From a virus (lineage: Duplodnaviria > Caudoviricetes): a DNA stretch of 64,000 nucleotides. The translations under genes were made by a program, and so were the position numbers. The stretch covers positions 34,997-98,996 of IMG/VR virus record IMGVR_UViG_3300025575_000001, one strand, 5' to 3'. Numbering within the stretch: position 1 is the stretch's first letter; each line of letters begins with the position of its first letter. The notes below the pieces were generated by a model, which saw nothing but the letters and a program-made list of their open reading frames with translations, had not been told where the DNA came from and searched no databases. Below, in pieces: positions 10,015-19,760 of this stretch.

Positions 10015-10521
10015 ATGGCTGAAGAAAAGAAATTATATGTGATTCCTCAAGCAATTGTGGATGATTTATCAAGAATGGTACCCTATGTAGGGGGTGAAGA
10101 ATTTACTGATCCTAGAGAATATCTATTGAATTATTTCAAATTATACTCTCCGGCTACTTATTACAATGATGGAACAATACAATGTAGTTCTGGTAGAAAT
10201 AGAAGTTTCCTCGATTTGTACTTCTTAACAAAAGCTCAATTCCCAGAAATCACTCTACAAGAGTTTGCTAAATTGTTTTTCTCATTAGACCAAGAAATTT
10301 ATGGTTCTACAAGTGAACATGAATATCATATGTTTATATATTTTTGCACAAATATTCGTAAACCCGTGATTTATACAAATAAAGCAACCTTTAGATACTA
10401 TTTTATTCAAGATAAAGATTGGTTAAAAACCTATCTTTCATATCCTTCAAACGATATATTGCTTTCCCAAATTTTTGATTTAGCTGAATTAGATTATCAT
10501 CATTTCGTAAAAAAAGATTAA
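10015..10521 (+). CDS. hypothetical protein (paralog of 9513-10013)
   Basis: ATG at 10015; PREYLLNYF...QCSSGRNRSFLDLYFLT. Confidence 0.75.
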   Translation: MAEEKKLYVIPQAIVDDLSRMVPYVGGEEFTDPREYLLNYFKLYSPATYYNDGTIQCSSGRNRSFLDLYFLTKAQFPEITLQEFAKLFFSLDQEIYGSTSEHEYHMFIYFCTNIRKPVIYTNKATFRYYFIQDKDWLKTYLSYPSNDILLSQIFDLAELDYHHFVKKD

Positions 10522-10523
10522 TT

Positions 10524-10865
10524 ATGTATATTGGAGTTTATGGAACCCTTAAAACGGGTCAAAGAGCTAATTCAATGTTAGCAACTGGAACATTTATTGG
10601 AGAATTCAGAACAGAAATCCCATTTCAAATGTATGATTTAGGATCATTTCCTGCACTTGTAAAAACTGAAGAGAATCATCCTATCACATTAGAAGTGTAT
10701 GAAGTCAATGATGAACAAACCCTTAAATCCCTTGACAGATACGAAGGATTTCCATCATTGTATCAAAAAAGTACAGTTCAAGTAAAAGAAATGGATGTAA
10801 CAATCTATACAATGAATTCAATGCGTCACGGTGGTGAACTTATGGAATCTGGTAATTGGAAATAA
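10524..10865 (+). CDS. gamma-glutamylcyclotransferase (AIG2/GGCT family)
   Basis: VYGTLKTG, LGSFPAL, EVYEV, LDRYEG..LY. Confidence 0.9.
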   Translation: MYIGVYGTLKTGQRANSMLATGTFIGEFRTEIPFQMYDLGSFPALVKTEENHPITLEVYEVNDEQTLKSLDRYEGFPSLYQKSTVQVKEMDVTIYTMNSMRHGGELMESGNWK

Positions 10866-10875
10866 ATTAATAATT

Positions 10876-11178
10876 ATGATACTAAAAGCTAAAATTAAAT
10901 GTCAAAATGGATTATTTTTTGCTATATTTTCAAATAGAATATATAATGAATATAATGCATATATATTAAATATTCCAAAAAATTTTAAAAATGAGTTTAA
11001 TAAAGAATTTGAATTTAAAGTTGTTTCTTATATTAGGCCATCTAAAGGATATTTAAATGCACATATAAAAAGATGTGAGGATATATTTAATCTTATTGGA
11101 ACGAACGGAGATACAACCCAAGAAAAAGAATTATTAAAATATGATTACATACCAAATTTAGTAGAATTAATAAATTAG
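10876..11178 (+). CDS. hypothetical AT-rich protein
   Basis: ATG at 10876, 100 aa, ends in TAG. Confidence 0.55.
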   Translation: MILKAKIKCQNGLFFAIFSNRIYNEYNAYILNIPKNFKNEFNKEFEFKVVSYIRPSKGYLNAHIKRCEDIFNLIGTNGDTTQEKELLKYDYIPNLVELIN

Positions 11179-11183
11179 AAAAA

Positions 11184-11963
11184 ATGTTTATACAAATAAG
11201 AAGTAAAAATGATACTGCTGCCTCTCTTAGAGGTCAAGTAGTTACTAGAAAAAGAACAGTCTTACGTTTAGGTAGCAGTACCCCCACAGATCAAATCTTT
11301 CCTGAAGGAGTCCGTCGTGGTAAGGAAATCATTGAAATCAACACAGTTGAAGCTTGTCATAACAGTGGTAACAAAATTACAATGAAACAAATGTTTGATG
11401 CTGTTGGAGTGGTTAGTGCTGAATGGGCGCAAATGAGTAATATTCATGGATACGAAGGTGATCCTTGGGAACATTATCCAGCTATAATTAAACACAAAAA
11501 TTCAAGTAAAGGTAATGGTATTTTTTATATTGAAAATGAACCTGCCCTTGCTGCATTTATACTAGAACACAATTACAATATTAATGACTACATCATTGAA
11601 AAATTCTACAACTATGTAAAGGAATACCGTCTCCATGTCACAAAAGATGGTTGCTTCTACACATGTCGTAAAATGCTTAGGGATGATGCTACTGAACGTT
11701 GGCATCGTCATGACTCCAATTCAGTATGGATTCTCGAAGAGAATGAACTCTTTGCTAAACCAGCAAATTGGGATGAAATAGTTGCAGAATGCGTAAAAGC
11801 TATGACTTCAGTTGGATTGGACATTAGTGCAATTGATATCAAAGTAAGCAATCACAATCCTGCGAGATTTATCATCCTTGAGACAAATAGTGCCCCTGCC
11901 TTGGCAGAAATCACTACCGTTAAATACATTGACAAATTAAAAGCAATAGTAGATGAATTTTGA
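11184..11963 (+). CDS. ATP-grasp ligase (RimK/YheC-like, phiEco32-type)
   Basis: NKITMKQMF, PAIIKH..SKGNGI, KEYRLHV, GLDISAIDI, ILETNSAP. Confidence 0.88.
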   Translation: MFIQIRSKNDTAASLRGQVVTRKRTVLRLGSSTPTDQIFPEGVRRGKEIIEINTVEACHNSGNKITMKQMFDAVGVVSAEWAQMSNIHGYEGDPWEHYPAIIKHKNSSKGNGIFYIENEPALAAFILEHNYNINDYIIEKFYNYVKEYRLHVTKDGCFYTCRKMLRDDATERWHRHDSNSVWILEENELFAKPANWDEIVAECVKAMTSVGLDISAIDIKVSNHNPARFIILETNSAPALAEITTVKYIDKLKAIVDEF

Positions 11964-12720
11964 TGACAAAATAGTAATATACCAATATTATAATTATGTT
12001 AGTTACAAATACAGATTTTTATCTGATAAAGAATTTACAATCATTCCAAGAGCAGCTTGTTTTAGTAAGTTGACATATAATGACTCATATGACCCTAAAG
12101 TAGGTGTTGAAGTGTTAATAGATGCATTTACTGTTCCAAATATGAATGGTTATTGTGCTTTAACAGAAGAAGAACTACTTGCTTGGTTAGCTGAGATTAA
12201 ACAATGGATTGATTATGAGTACACATTAATTAAGGAATCAGATCAATTTGTTATTCAATTAACTACTCATGTTCCTACAGGAGCTTTAAAGATACTTCTA
12301 ACATTAATTAGATTTGCTTTTGAAGCCCCTTTTAGTCTTGCTCTCAAAGAAGCATTTACTGTTGCTAAAAAGGATTATTTCCCTAATACATTAATTCTTC
12401 ATAGGTATCAAACTATTCAAAATAGTATTGACTATCCTACCAATACAAATCATTGTTTTTGTACTTATCAACAAATACCTCTTTTAACTATTGATAAATT
12501 AAAAGAAAAAGTTAAAAACTATACAGGTTATGTAAATACCTTTTTTGGTGGAAAAGGCAATTATAATGGTACATTTGTTGATGAACAAATGAATCTCTTT
12601 ATACGACAAAAATTAGTAAATGTTCAATCTGAATTAAGTATGAAAGATGAAGACATTGCTAATAGAGTAAATAACTTATACATTCCCAATTTTAAAGTAA
12701 CTTATGGACAAACAGATTAA
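11953..12720 (+). CDS. hypothetical protein within the ligase cluster
   Basis: 255 aa ORF overlapping both neighbours. Confidence 0.75.
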   Translation: MNFDDKIVIYQYYNYVSYKYRFLSDKEFTIIPRAACFSKLTYNDSYDPKVGVEVLIDAFTVPNMNGYCALTEEELLAWLAEIKQWIDYEYTLIKESDQFVIQLTTHVPTGALKILLTLIRFAFEAPFSLALKEAFTVAKKDYFPNTLILHRYQTIQNSIDYPTNTNHCFCTYQQIPLLTIDKLKEKVKNYTGYVNTFFGGKGNYNGTFVDEQMNLFIRQKLVNVQSELSMKDEDIANRVNNLYIPNFKVTYGQTD

Positions 12721-14327
12721 AATATATGTAGTGGGTTCATCTAGTGGTTATGCTAGATTTATTCAAAATTCTACACTTGTGAAAGACATGGATCAAGCTG
12801 ATGTGATTCTTTTTACCGGAGGTGAAGATGTAGATCCTCATCTCTATGGAGAAAAAACTCATAAATACACATATTGTACTCCTCAACGAGATGCTTATGA
12901 AATATATGAATATGAACAATCATTGTGTTTTCCTAATACACTTCGCGTTGGAGTTTGTCGTGGGTTAATTTGATGGCCCACGTTAAACAAGGTGAATTGC
13001 TGGAACGCTGTAATGCCAATCAGCAGCTAAGCTATTTAGAAATAAATAGAAAGTTCAACGACTAGAAGTAAGACTAAGTTTGGAAGTAAATTCTCCAAAT
13101 ATGTCGGTAATACTTCCAAGAGCGCCTTGGTTTTTATAAAAATTTATTAATTTTAAAGAATTATTACAAAAAGTTTCAAGTTGATCTAAAGAAGCACAAT
13201 TTTTCATTGCATTTGCCATTCTAGATACAACAATAATATTACCTTTAATATACCCCTTATTATTATCAATTCTATCTATAGAAGCGTGTGATGGATCTTG
13301 TCCGCCACTTTCGTGCATATATGTGAGTTTGATTCCCAAATAAGGGCAATATTCTGGAATTTCTAAATCTTGATAGGTTAGATTAAATTCTAATCCTCTT
13401 CTTTTTGACATAAATTTTGTATTTCTAATCATGTATCCTCTTATTCGGTCATGTTGATTTAAATACACCCTTTCTGGCATTTTTGGAAGTAATCCTAAAA
13501 GATTTCGTATTTCTGATAATCTTTGTTCGTACATATTCTTCTTTTTAAATAAAGGATGTTCTTGCAACCAAAGCACTATCTCAGAATTTTTGGTACTATT
13601 GTTATAAATTTCAGTAAATTCTTCTTTAAAATTAGGATAATTTAATATTTGTTTAATTGTAGAAGCAGAAGGAATATTTAAACCTCTTTTTAATGAGGAT
13701 ATCTAATCATTATTTACATGATACTCTCTTGCTAATTCTACAACTAATTCTCCTTGCATTAATCTTTTAATAATTTCTTGTTCATTCATAATTTTTAATT
13801 TTATGTAAAGATACAATAAATTATTGGAATATGCAACAGGTTAAACAAATTACTAATTATTCATAAATAAATTGCTTATAAAAATATGATATAGTCTGAA
13901 CTATAGGGAATAATAACCTATAGAATCTAAGGATAAAGAGCCTTAGAGATAACATAATGCTCAATTACTAACTGTCTTAAATGGTGGTAAACTTGTGCAA
14001 GATGTCACTAATCATGTTGGTAGAAGTCATCAAGTATTAACCACAGATGGTCAAATACTTGAATGTACATCTACTCATCACCAAATGGCTTATCCATACA
14101 ACATACCTAAAAAGGACTATGAGATACTTGCTCATACATTTCCAAAATTGTCTAAACACTACGAAGGTAGTGGAATCAATTGGGAAGATCAATTTCAAGA
14201 AGTAGAAGTAATCTATTTCCCAAAAACAAACTCTCTAGGAGTTCAAGGACATCCAGAAATGATGGAGTTAAATTCTCCATTTGTTAACTATATCAATGAA
14301 TTAATAATCACTAAATTAAATAAATAA
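12704..14327 (+). CDS. class I glutamine amidotransferase / peptidase C26-like, spliced: join(12704..12965,13960..14327), 209 aa
   Basis: Exon 1 has FTGGEDVDP..RD..E..GVCRG. Splicing restores GVCRG-SQLLTVLNGGKL. Exon 2 has STHHQ and GVQGHPE, completing the Cys-His-Glu triad. Confidence 0.9.
13055..13789 (-). CDS. intron-encoded HNH-like homing endonuclease, antisense to its intron, 244 aa when TAG is read as Gln
   Basis: ATG at 13789 in A-rich context, one in-frame TAG at 13703-13705 (codon 29), TGA at 13055. Motifs CPYLG, ASIDRIDNNKGYIKGN, ANAMKN. Confidence 0.85.
13806..13837 (-). promoter_or_regulatory. putative Bacteroidota sigma-70-type promoter for the antisense endonuclease
   Basis: The minus strand reads GTTG-N20-TATCTTTA, close to the consensus TTTG-N19/21-TAnnTTTG, 16 nt upstream of the ATG. 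Confidence 0.6.
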
Positions 14328-15199
14328 TGGCATATACTCTTATAGAACATGTTACTATTGGCACAGATCCTGAATTATTTATTGTAAATACAAAGACTGG
14401 TTTAGTTGTATCTTCAATTGGTCTTATTCCAGGACATAAAAATGATGCCTTCTTACCTGAAGGATTTCAAAAAGGTTTTGGTTTACAGACTGACAATGTA
14501 TTGGCTGAATTTAATGTTCCACCAATTCATTTAACTTCAGGAGCAAGTAAAGTATTCAGTACACAAATTACTCAAATGAAAGAGTATATCAAGGATTTTG
14601 TAAAAAAAGTCAATCCTGATTATGACATTCTGTGTAGTGCTTCTGAATTAGTTCCAGATGACCAATTACAAAGTGATGAGGCTAAACAATTTGGATGTGA
14701 CCCCGATTACAATGTATACACTCTGAGTCAAAACGAAACTCCTGAAGGGGTTAAAACTAACTTGAGGAGTACTGGTGTTCACATACATGTGGGATACCAT
14801 GAAAACAATCTAACAACCTCTTTAGCTCTGTTAAAAGTTTTAGATTTATATCTTGGAGTACCTTCAGTTTTGATTGATCCTGATACAAGGAGACGTTCTC
14901 TCTATGGTAAAGCTGGTTGTTTTCGTCTTACTGACTATGGTGTTGAATATAGAGTATTATCTGGTTACTTCATCAAAGATGAAATCACTACTACTTGGGT
15001 TCTTCATCAAACTGCAGCAGCAATTGATTATTACAACAAGTGTCTTCGAGAGTATTCCAGTAATTTCCATACAGAACCATTTGCTATTGATAATTACTTA
15101 CCATCTGAAGAAACTGTATTCAATAGTATCAACAATGGTAATGTTGCATCAGCAAGAAGAATTGTAAAAAAATATCAAATTGCTCTCATAAGAGAATAA
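14327..15199 (+). CDS. phiEco32-like COOH-NH2 ligase (type 2)
   Basis: GTDPELF, DNVLAEFN, FGCDPDYN, LRSTGVHIHVGY, RRSLYGKAGCFR, YGVEYRVLS. Confidence 0.92.
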   Translation: MAYTLIEHVTIGTDPELFIVNTKTGLVVSSIGLIPGHKNDAFLPEGFQKGFGLQTDNVLAEFNVPPIHLTSGASKVFSTQITQMKEYIKDFVKKVNPDYDILCSASELVPDDQLQSDEAKQFGCDPDYNVYTLSQNETPEGVKTNLRSTGVHIHVGYHENNLTTSLALLKVLDLYLGVPSVLIDPDTRRRSLYGKAGCFRLTDYGVEYRVLSGYFIKDEITTTWVLHQTAAAIDYYNKCLREYSSNFHTEPFAIDNYLPSEETVFNSINNGNVASARRIVKKYQIALIRE

Positions 15200-15252
15200 C
15201 AGAGAATTTAAAATTATTCTTTGAATTTTTTAATTAAACACAGATAAAATAA

Positions 15253-16785
15253 ATGTTAAATATAATTTTAAGTTTTTTACTTGCTCATACAATTCTCTTC
15301 CTATTCCTCAAACCCAAATTAACCAATCTATTTTGTGGACTATTTGGCTATGTAGGAATTGCAAGAAAATTTGATAAAAAGACCTTTTACACACTTGGTT
15401 GCATTAATGACACCAGAGGAGGAGACTCCTGTGGTGTATTTATTGATGGAGAAGTAGAATATGGGGTTGATAAAGAGAAACTGTTTACCAATTTCTATGA
15501 GACTAGTATATTATTAGAAAATACTAAGGTAGCTAAAATAGCCATAGGCCATTGCAGAAAAGCATCTGTTGGTGCAGTAGGAGTTACTACAGCTCAACCA
15601 GTTGTAATTAAAAACAAAGAAACTAAGGAAACTGAGTTTGTTTTGATTCACAATGGCACTCTTTTAAATCATAAAGCTCTAGCAAACAAGTATTTAAAGG
15701 ATACTCCTGATACATTCACAGATAGTCAAATTATGGCTTATATCATTTATTTCAAAGGATTTGAAGTATTGACTGAATATGAAGGAGCTGGTGCATTTGT
15801 AATGATAGACTATAGAAAGAATAGAGAGAATCCTGATGTCTATATGTTTAAAGGAGAATCTCTTCAATTTCATTACTCTAAGGAAACCTGTGAAGAAAGG
15901 CCTTTATATTTTTCTATTGAAGATAGAGGTATTTGGTTTTCTTCAATTGCTCAATTCTTAGATACTACAAGATATGGTGAAGGAGATGTTCGTAATGTAA
16001 AATGTAATCATTTGTATCATATCAAAAGTGGTGTAATCAAATCTCGTACATTTATGGACAGAAGTAAAAGACATCAGTCTGGATCTACTGTTTATAACTA
16101 CAATAGTTACAGTAGTTATGAAAGACCTACTCCAATGCTTCCTATTAGACCAAGTAATCCCCCTGCAAATTATACTGCAGGAGCTAATTCTTCTATATTT
16201 GTTTGTGATGTTTTTACAAAACCTACATTTAATATATCAGGTAAGTTAATATTTGTTGATGGTTTCTATTATATTGATGGTAAAAAAGCACATGGTAAAC
16301 ATGAATTGAATGAATATGGTTATACTCCAACTACATATAGAGCTAATATTAAAGATTTTTGGTTCTTTGATGGAGTATTATTGTATAATGAAACCTGTTT
16401 TGACATAGTATGTGGATTACAGGACAAATTTCAATTTGAAGATATCACTGGCTATGTAGACAGTTTTCCAGAAACAGTTTATTGTTACAGTCCTCAAGTA
16501 TACTTTGACACAAATGATAAGAAATTTGTTAAATGGGAAAAGAATTTGAGTTCACAATTCACTGGTAAAATGGGTATTATTTTAGATCAAGATGATACTG
16601 AATACAATTTTACTAATGGTGTTTTGAAAACAAAGACTACTTATACATATTGTGTAAATAAAAGACAAATAATTGTATTTGAAGAGAAAGCAAAAGAATT
16701 TAAAACTCTTGACAAAGATGATGAAATCCTCAGAATGTGTCTCTTACTAAATTGGTTTGATAATGAAAATAAAGATAATAATTAA
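15253..16785 (+). CDS. class II (Ntn) glutamine amidotransferase with a hydrophobic N-terminal leader
   Basis: CGLFG, RGGDSCG, GHCRKAS, AQP, HNGTL, TDS. Confidence 0.9.
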   Translation: MLNIILSFLLAHTILFLFLKPKLTNLFCGLFGYVGIARKFDKKTFYTLGCINDTRGGDSCGVFIDGEVEYGVDKEKLFTNFYETSILLENTKVAKIAIGHCRKASVGAVGVTTAQPVVIKNKETKETEFVLIHNGTLLNHKALANKYLKDTPDTFTDSQIMAYIIYFKGFEVLTEYEGAGAFVMIDYRKNRENPDVYMFKGESLQFHYSKETCEERPLYFSIEDRGIWFSSIAQFLDTTRYGEGDVRNVKCNHLYHIKSGVIKSRTFMDRSKRHQSGSTVYNYNSYSSYERPTPMLPIRPSNPPANYTAGANSSIFVCDVFTKPTFNISGKLIFVDGFYYIDGKKAHGKHELNEYGYTPTTYRANIKDFWFFDGVLLYNETCFDIVCGLQDKFQFEDITGYVDSFPETVYCYSPQVYFDTNDKKFVKWEKNLSSQFTGKMGIILDQDDTEYNFTNGVLKTKTTYTYCVNKRQIIVFEEKAKEFKTLDKDDEILRMCLLLNWFDNENKDNN

Positions 16786-16787
16786 AC

Positions 16788-18116
16788 ATGGCTAACGAAC
16801 AAACAGTTTTTGATCACGAATTTCAACGTGAAGTAGTCATTGGATCTCCTGAAGCTAGAGGATTAATTCAAGGTATAATTGGTGTAAGAGGAAGAGTCCA
16901 TGATTTAGGATACTTCACAGTCAATCTTACTAAAAACATCACAGTCCAATTTAGAGGAGGTACTTATAATGCCCTCTCTAAAGACATTTTTGTTGAGAAA
17001 TTCTTAGTATTTGACAACAATACAGGTAAATATAGCTACAATGCTGGACAAGACAATATTGTTCAAATTAAAGCATTTGCTACTCATAAAGGTAATGGTC
17101 AATTCCCTTATCACAATATCCGTAGAGAATACAATGCTGAGAATAATTTACAAAAATTTGGTGCTTTGGCTAAACCGTCTCATATAATTAAATCCAATAA
17201 TAAGGCTCTTATACCCTTTACATTTGGTTTAGAATATGAAACCTCTTGTGGTTACATTCCAGAAGAAGAATGCTTTAGAACAGGTCTAATTCCTCTTAGA
17301 GATGGTTCTATCACAGGTATTGAATATGCTTCTGTTGTTTTAGATTCTTCTAAAGGAGGATTTGAACTATTAGAAGAACAATTGGAATTATTAAGAAAAT
17401 ATACTGAATATGATAAGGAGTGTTCCCTCCATATCCATTTTGGTAATTTTCCAGTAAGTCAAAAAGCTATTGGTGTTTTATATATGCTGGCTGAATCACT
17501 TCAGGCTTGCATGTACCATACAGGACTGCTTCCAAAATATACATTTGATACTAAGGCCTACAAAGCAAGTGGTAAAGATTATTGTAAGCTTTTACCTGCT
17601 TATAATAGTTTTGAAGGAATCTACAATTTCCTTAGTGGGGGAACACCATTTTTAGGAAGTTTAACTATTCCTCATCCTGGAGATCAACGTCATGAAGCTA
17701 AGTGGAATGTGCATTCTCGTTACTATCAGATTAATCTTATCAACATGTGTTTCTATAACTCTCCTAAGACTGTAGAAATGAGGTTCTTAAGACCTTCTTA
17801 CAATTTTAACAAAATTGTTAATTGGATATTCATCTTTTCAGCTATGTTGCAGTATGCAATTGATTTTGCTAAAAAGAATAAAGGAATGTCTGATGATACA
17901 ATTTATAGAACATTTCATAAAATGTTTCCAGGAGAGCCTAATGATTTCCAAAAAATATTCACAAGTGTATATTCCCCAGAGATTACACAAGAATTGAATA
18001 CATTTATGGACAATCTTAGAATCATTGTTAGAAAACAAGGTCAATTAAATGATGGAATTGGTAAATTAGATACATTTGATGATCCAATTATCACTACAAA
18101 CTGTCTACAACGATAA
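16788..18116 (+). CDS. putative amidoligase (COOH-NH2 ligase fold)
   Basis: TFGLEYET, RDGSITGIEYAS, CSLHIHFG, RYYQIN, KTVEMRF. Confidence 0.85.
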   Translation: MANEQTVFDHEFQREVVIGSPEARGLIQGIIGVRGRVHDLGYFTVNLTKNITVQFRGGTYNALSKDIFVEKFLVFDNNTGKYSYNAGQDNIVQIKAFATHKGNGQFPYHNIRREYNAENNLQKFGALAKPSHIIKSNNKALIPFTFGLEYETSCGYIPEEECFRTGLIPLRDGSITGIEYASVVLDSSKGGFELLEEQLELLRKYTEYDKECSLHIHFGNFPVSQKAIGVLYMLAESLQACMYHTGLLPKYTFDTKAYKASGKDYCKLLPAYNSFEGIYNFLSGGTPFLGSLTIPHPGDQRHEAKWNVHSRYYQINLINMCFYNSPKTVEMRFLRPSYNFNKIVNWIFIFSAMLQYAIDFAKKNKGMSDDTIYRTFHKMFPGEPNDFQKIFTSVYSPEITQELNTFMDNLRIIVRKQGQLNDGIGKLDTFDDPIITTNCLQR

Positions 18117-18826
18117 TGATTTTAGCTCCTTTCCAGAGATGGAAAAACCTAATAGATGTTAAAGCATTAGGAGACATTCTTTCAATTCTAGAAGTTGCCT
18201 ACAAAGTAGTAGGAGTTACTCCAGAAAAGAAAGATGTCTTCAATTGCTTTACTGAATGTCCTTATGATAAACTCAAAGTGGTTATGATTGGTTTAGATCC
18301 ATATCCACAAAGAGGAATAGCTACAGGATTAGCATTTGCAAATAAGGAGGGTACTAAAGAAATTAGTCCCCCCTTGTCTGTTTTAAGAGATGCTCTTTTC
18401 AATCCCCACAATCCACCAATTTGGCCTAATGGAGAAAATATAGAACAATTAAAGAATAATTTTGACATTACCCTCAAATATTGGGCTAATCAAGGAGTAC
18501 TTCTTTTAAATTCTGCATTGACTGCTAAAATAAATGCATCTGAATTGCATCTTGATTTGTGGAGACCATTTATAGTAACTCTTTTAACAGAACTCTCTCT
18601 TAGAAACCCTGGAATAGTCTATATTTTATATGGTACTATTGCTAAAAATTTAGGAGTATACATTAATCATACTAATAATCTTGTATTAACATCGGATCAT
18701 CCTTCTTATTATTCAAGATACAACAAAGAAATGGATGATGAAGTGTTTATTAGTGCAAACAATTACTTAAAAGAACACTATGGGGAAACAATTGATTGGT
18801 ATGGAGTCAGAAATTCCAAAGATTGA
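18116..18826 (+). CDS. ung: uracil-DNA glycosylase, family 1
   Basis: KVVMIGLDPYP, ATGLAF, WANQGVLLLNSALT, HPS. Confidence 0.9.
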   Translation: MILAPFQRWKNLIDVKALGDILSILEVAYKVVGVTPEKKDVFNCFTECPYDKLKVVMIGLDPYPQRGIATGLAFANKEGTKEISPPLSVLRDALFNPHNPPIWPNGENIEQLKNNFDITLKYWANQGVLLLNSALTAKINASELHLDLWRPFIVTLLTELSLRNPGIVYILYGTIAKNLGVYINHTNNLVLTSDHPSYYSRYNKEMDDEVFISANNYLKEHYGETIDWYGVRNSKD

Positions 18827-18995
18827 TGAAAAATTAACTAAAATTAATCCTGATTATCCAATTTTTAAATGTTTAATGGATTATCATAATGATTTTGGAA
18901 CACATCCTGATAATTACAAAGATTTAATGAATTATCTTGATAAACAAACTAATGAATTTAAAATCTATTATGAATCTAGAAGAAGACTTGGATGA
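18801..18995 (+). CDS. small hypothetical protein
   Basis: ORF overlapping both neighbours; ATG at 18801. Confidence 0.5.
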   Translation: MESEIPKIDEKLTKINPDYPIFKCLMDYHNDFGTHPDNYKDLMNYLDKQTNEFKIYYESRRRLG

Positions 18996-19452
18996 CCAAT
19001 TAGAAAATAAAAAAATATTAAATACAAGAAGAGTCTTATATGATAACATCCAATTTAGAAGTAAGTTAGAAGTAGCTTGCTACAAACGATTAGTCATTGC
19101 AGGATTCACTCCTTTATATGAGCCCCATAAATTTAGTCTAATTGAAAAATTAGTTCTTGATAGAGTGCAATACTTTTGCCCCTATAAAGAAAAAAAACTA
19201 AAGAAGTATGGTACATATCCAAGGGATTTAATGGGAATAAGTTATACACCAGATTTTTATATCCTCTACAAAAACATTCACATTTATTTCGATACTAAAG
19301 GCCATCCTAATGATGTATATCCTTTAAAGAAAAAGATGTTTTTGAGAAAATTAGAAGAGCTCGCTGTTGAATCAGATGAGGCTTATATGTTCTTTGAACC
19401 CCACAACATTAGTCAAATACAACAAAGTATTAATACAATATTAGCGTTATGA
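18970..19452 (+). CDS. PD-(D/E)XK nuclease (DUF1064 / T7 endonuclease I-like)
   Basis: FRSKLE, YEP, YTPDF, FDTKG. The start is uncertain. Confidence 0.75.
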   Translation: MNLEEDLDDQLENKKILNTRRVLYDNIQFRSKLEVACYKRLVIAGFTPLYEPHKFSLIEKLVLDRVQYFCPYKEKKLKKYGTYPRDLMGISYTPDFYILYKNIHIYFDTKGHPNDVYPLKKKMFLRKLEELAVESDEAYMFFEPHNISQIQQSINTILAL

Positions 19453-19760
19453 GTTTATTAAAAGATATAATTAATCTTAGTGAAAAACTTCCCGAAAAGG
19501 ATAAACTTTACTTTGACAAATTTATTCAAGAAAGAAAATTTGAAGATGCTTTAAATTTAATCAATTCTATAATTTTTTTATCAGAAAAAGCGGAAGATCG
19601 TAATAATGATTACAGTTTTATAAATTTAGATAAAAAAAATCATAATTACAATTATTTAAATTTAGATAAGGAATCAATTCTATTATTGCAAAACTATTTA
19701 GTAAAATACTTAGATCAACTCAATATTGAATATGAATCTAACTTAAATATGAATGATTAA
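19449..19760 (+). CDS. hypothetical protein
   Basis: 103 aa ORF coupled to the upstream gene by an ATGA overlap. Confidence 0.65.
   Translation: MSLLKDIINLSEKLPEKDKLYFDKFIQERKFEDALNLINSIIFLSEKAEDRNNDYSFINLDKKNHNYNYLNLDKESILLLQNYLVKYLDQLNIEYESNLNMND

Larger units (their letters stand above)
12966..13959 (+). mobile_element. group I intron in the class I GATase gene
   Basis: The 5' exon ends CGTGGGT and pairs with guide GCCCACG (12976-12982) through a U.G pair. Core elements are GAATTGCTGGAA, AATCAGCAG, GTTCAACGACTA and GATATAGTC. The terminal G is at 13959, and removal restores the frame. Confidence 0.92.
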
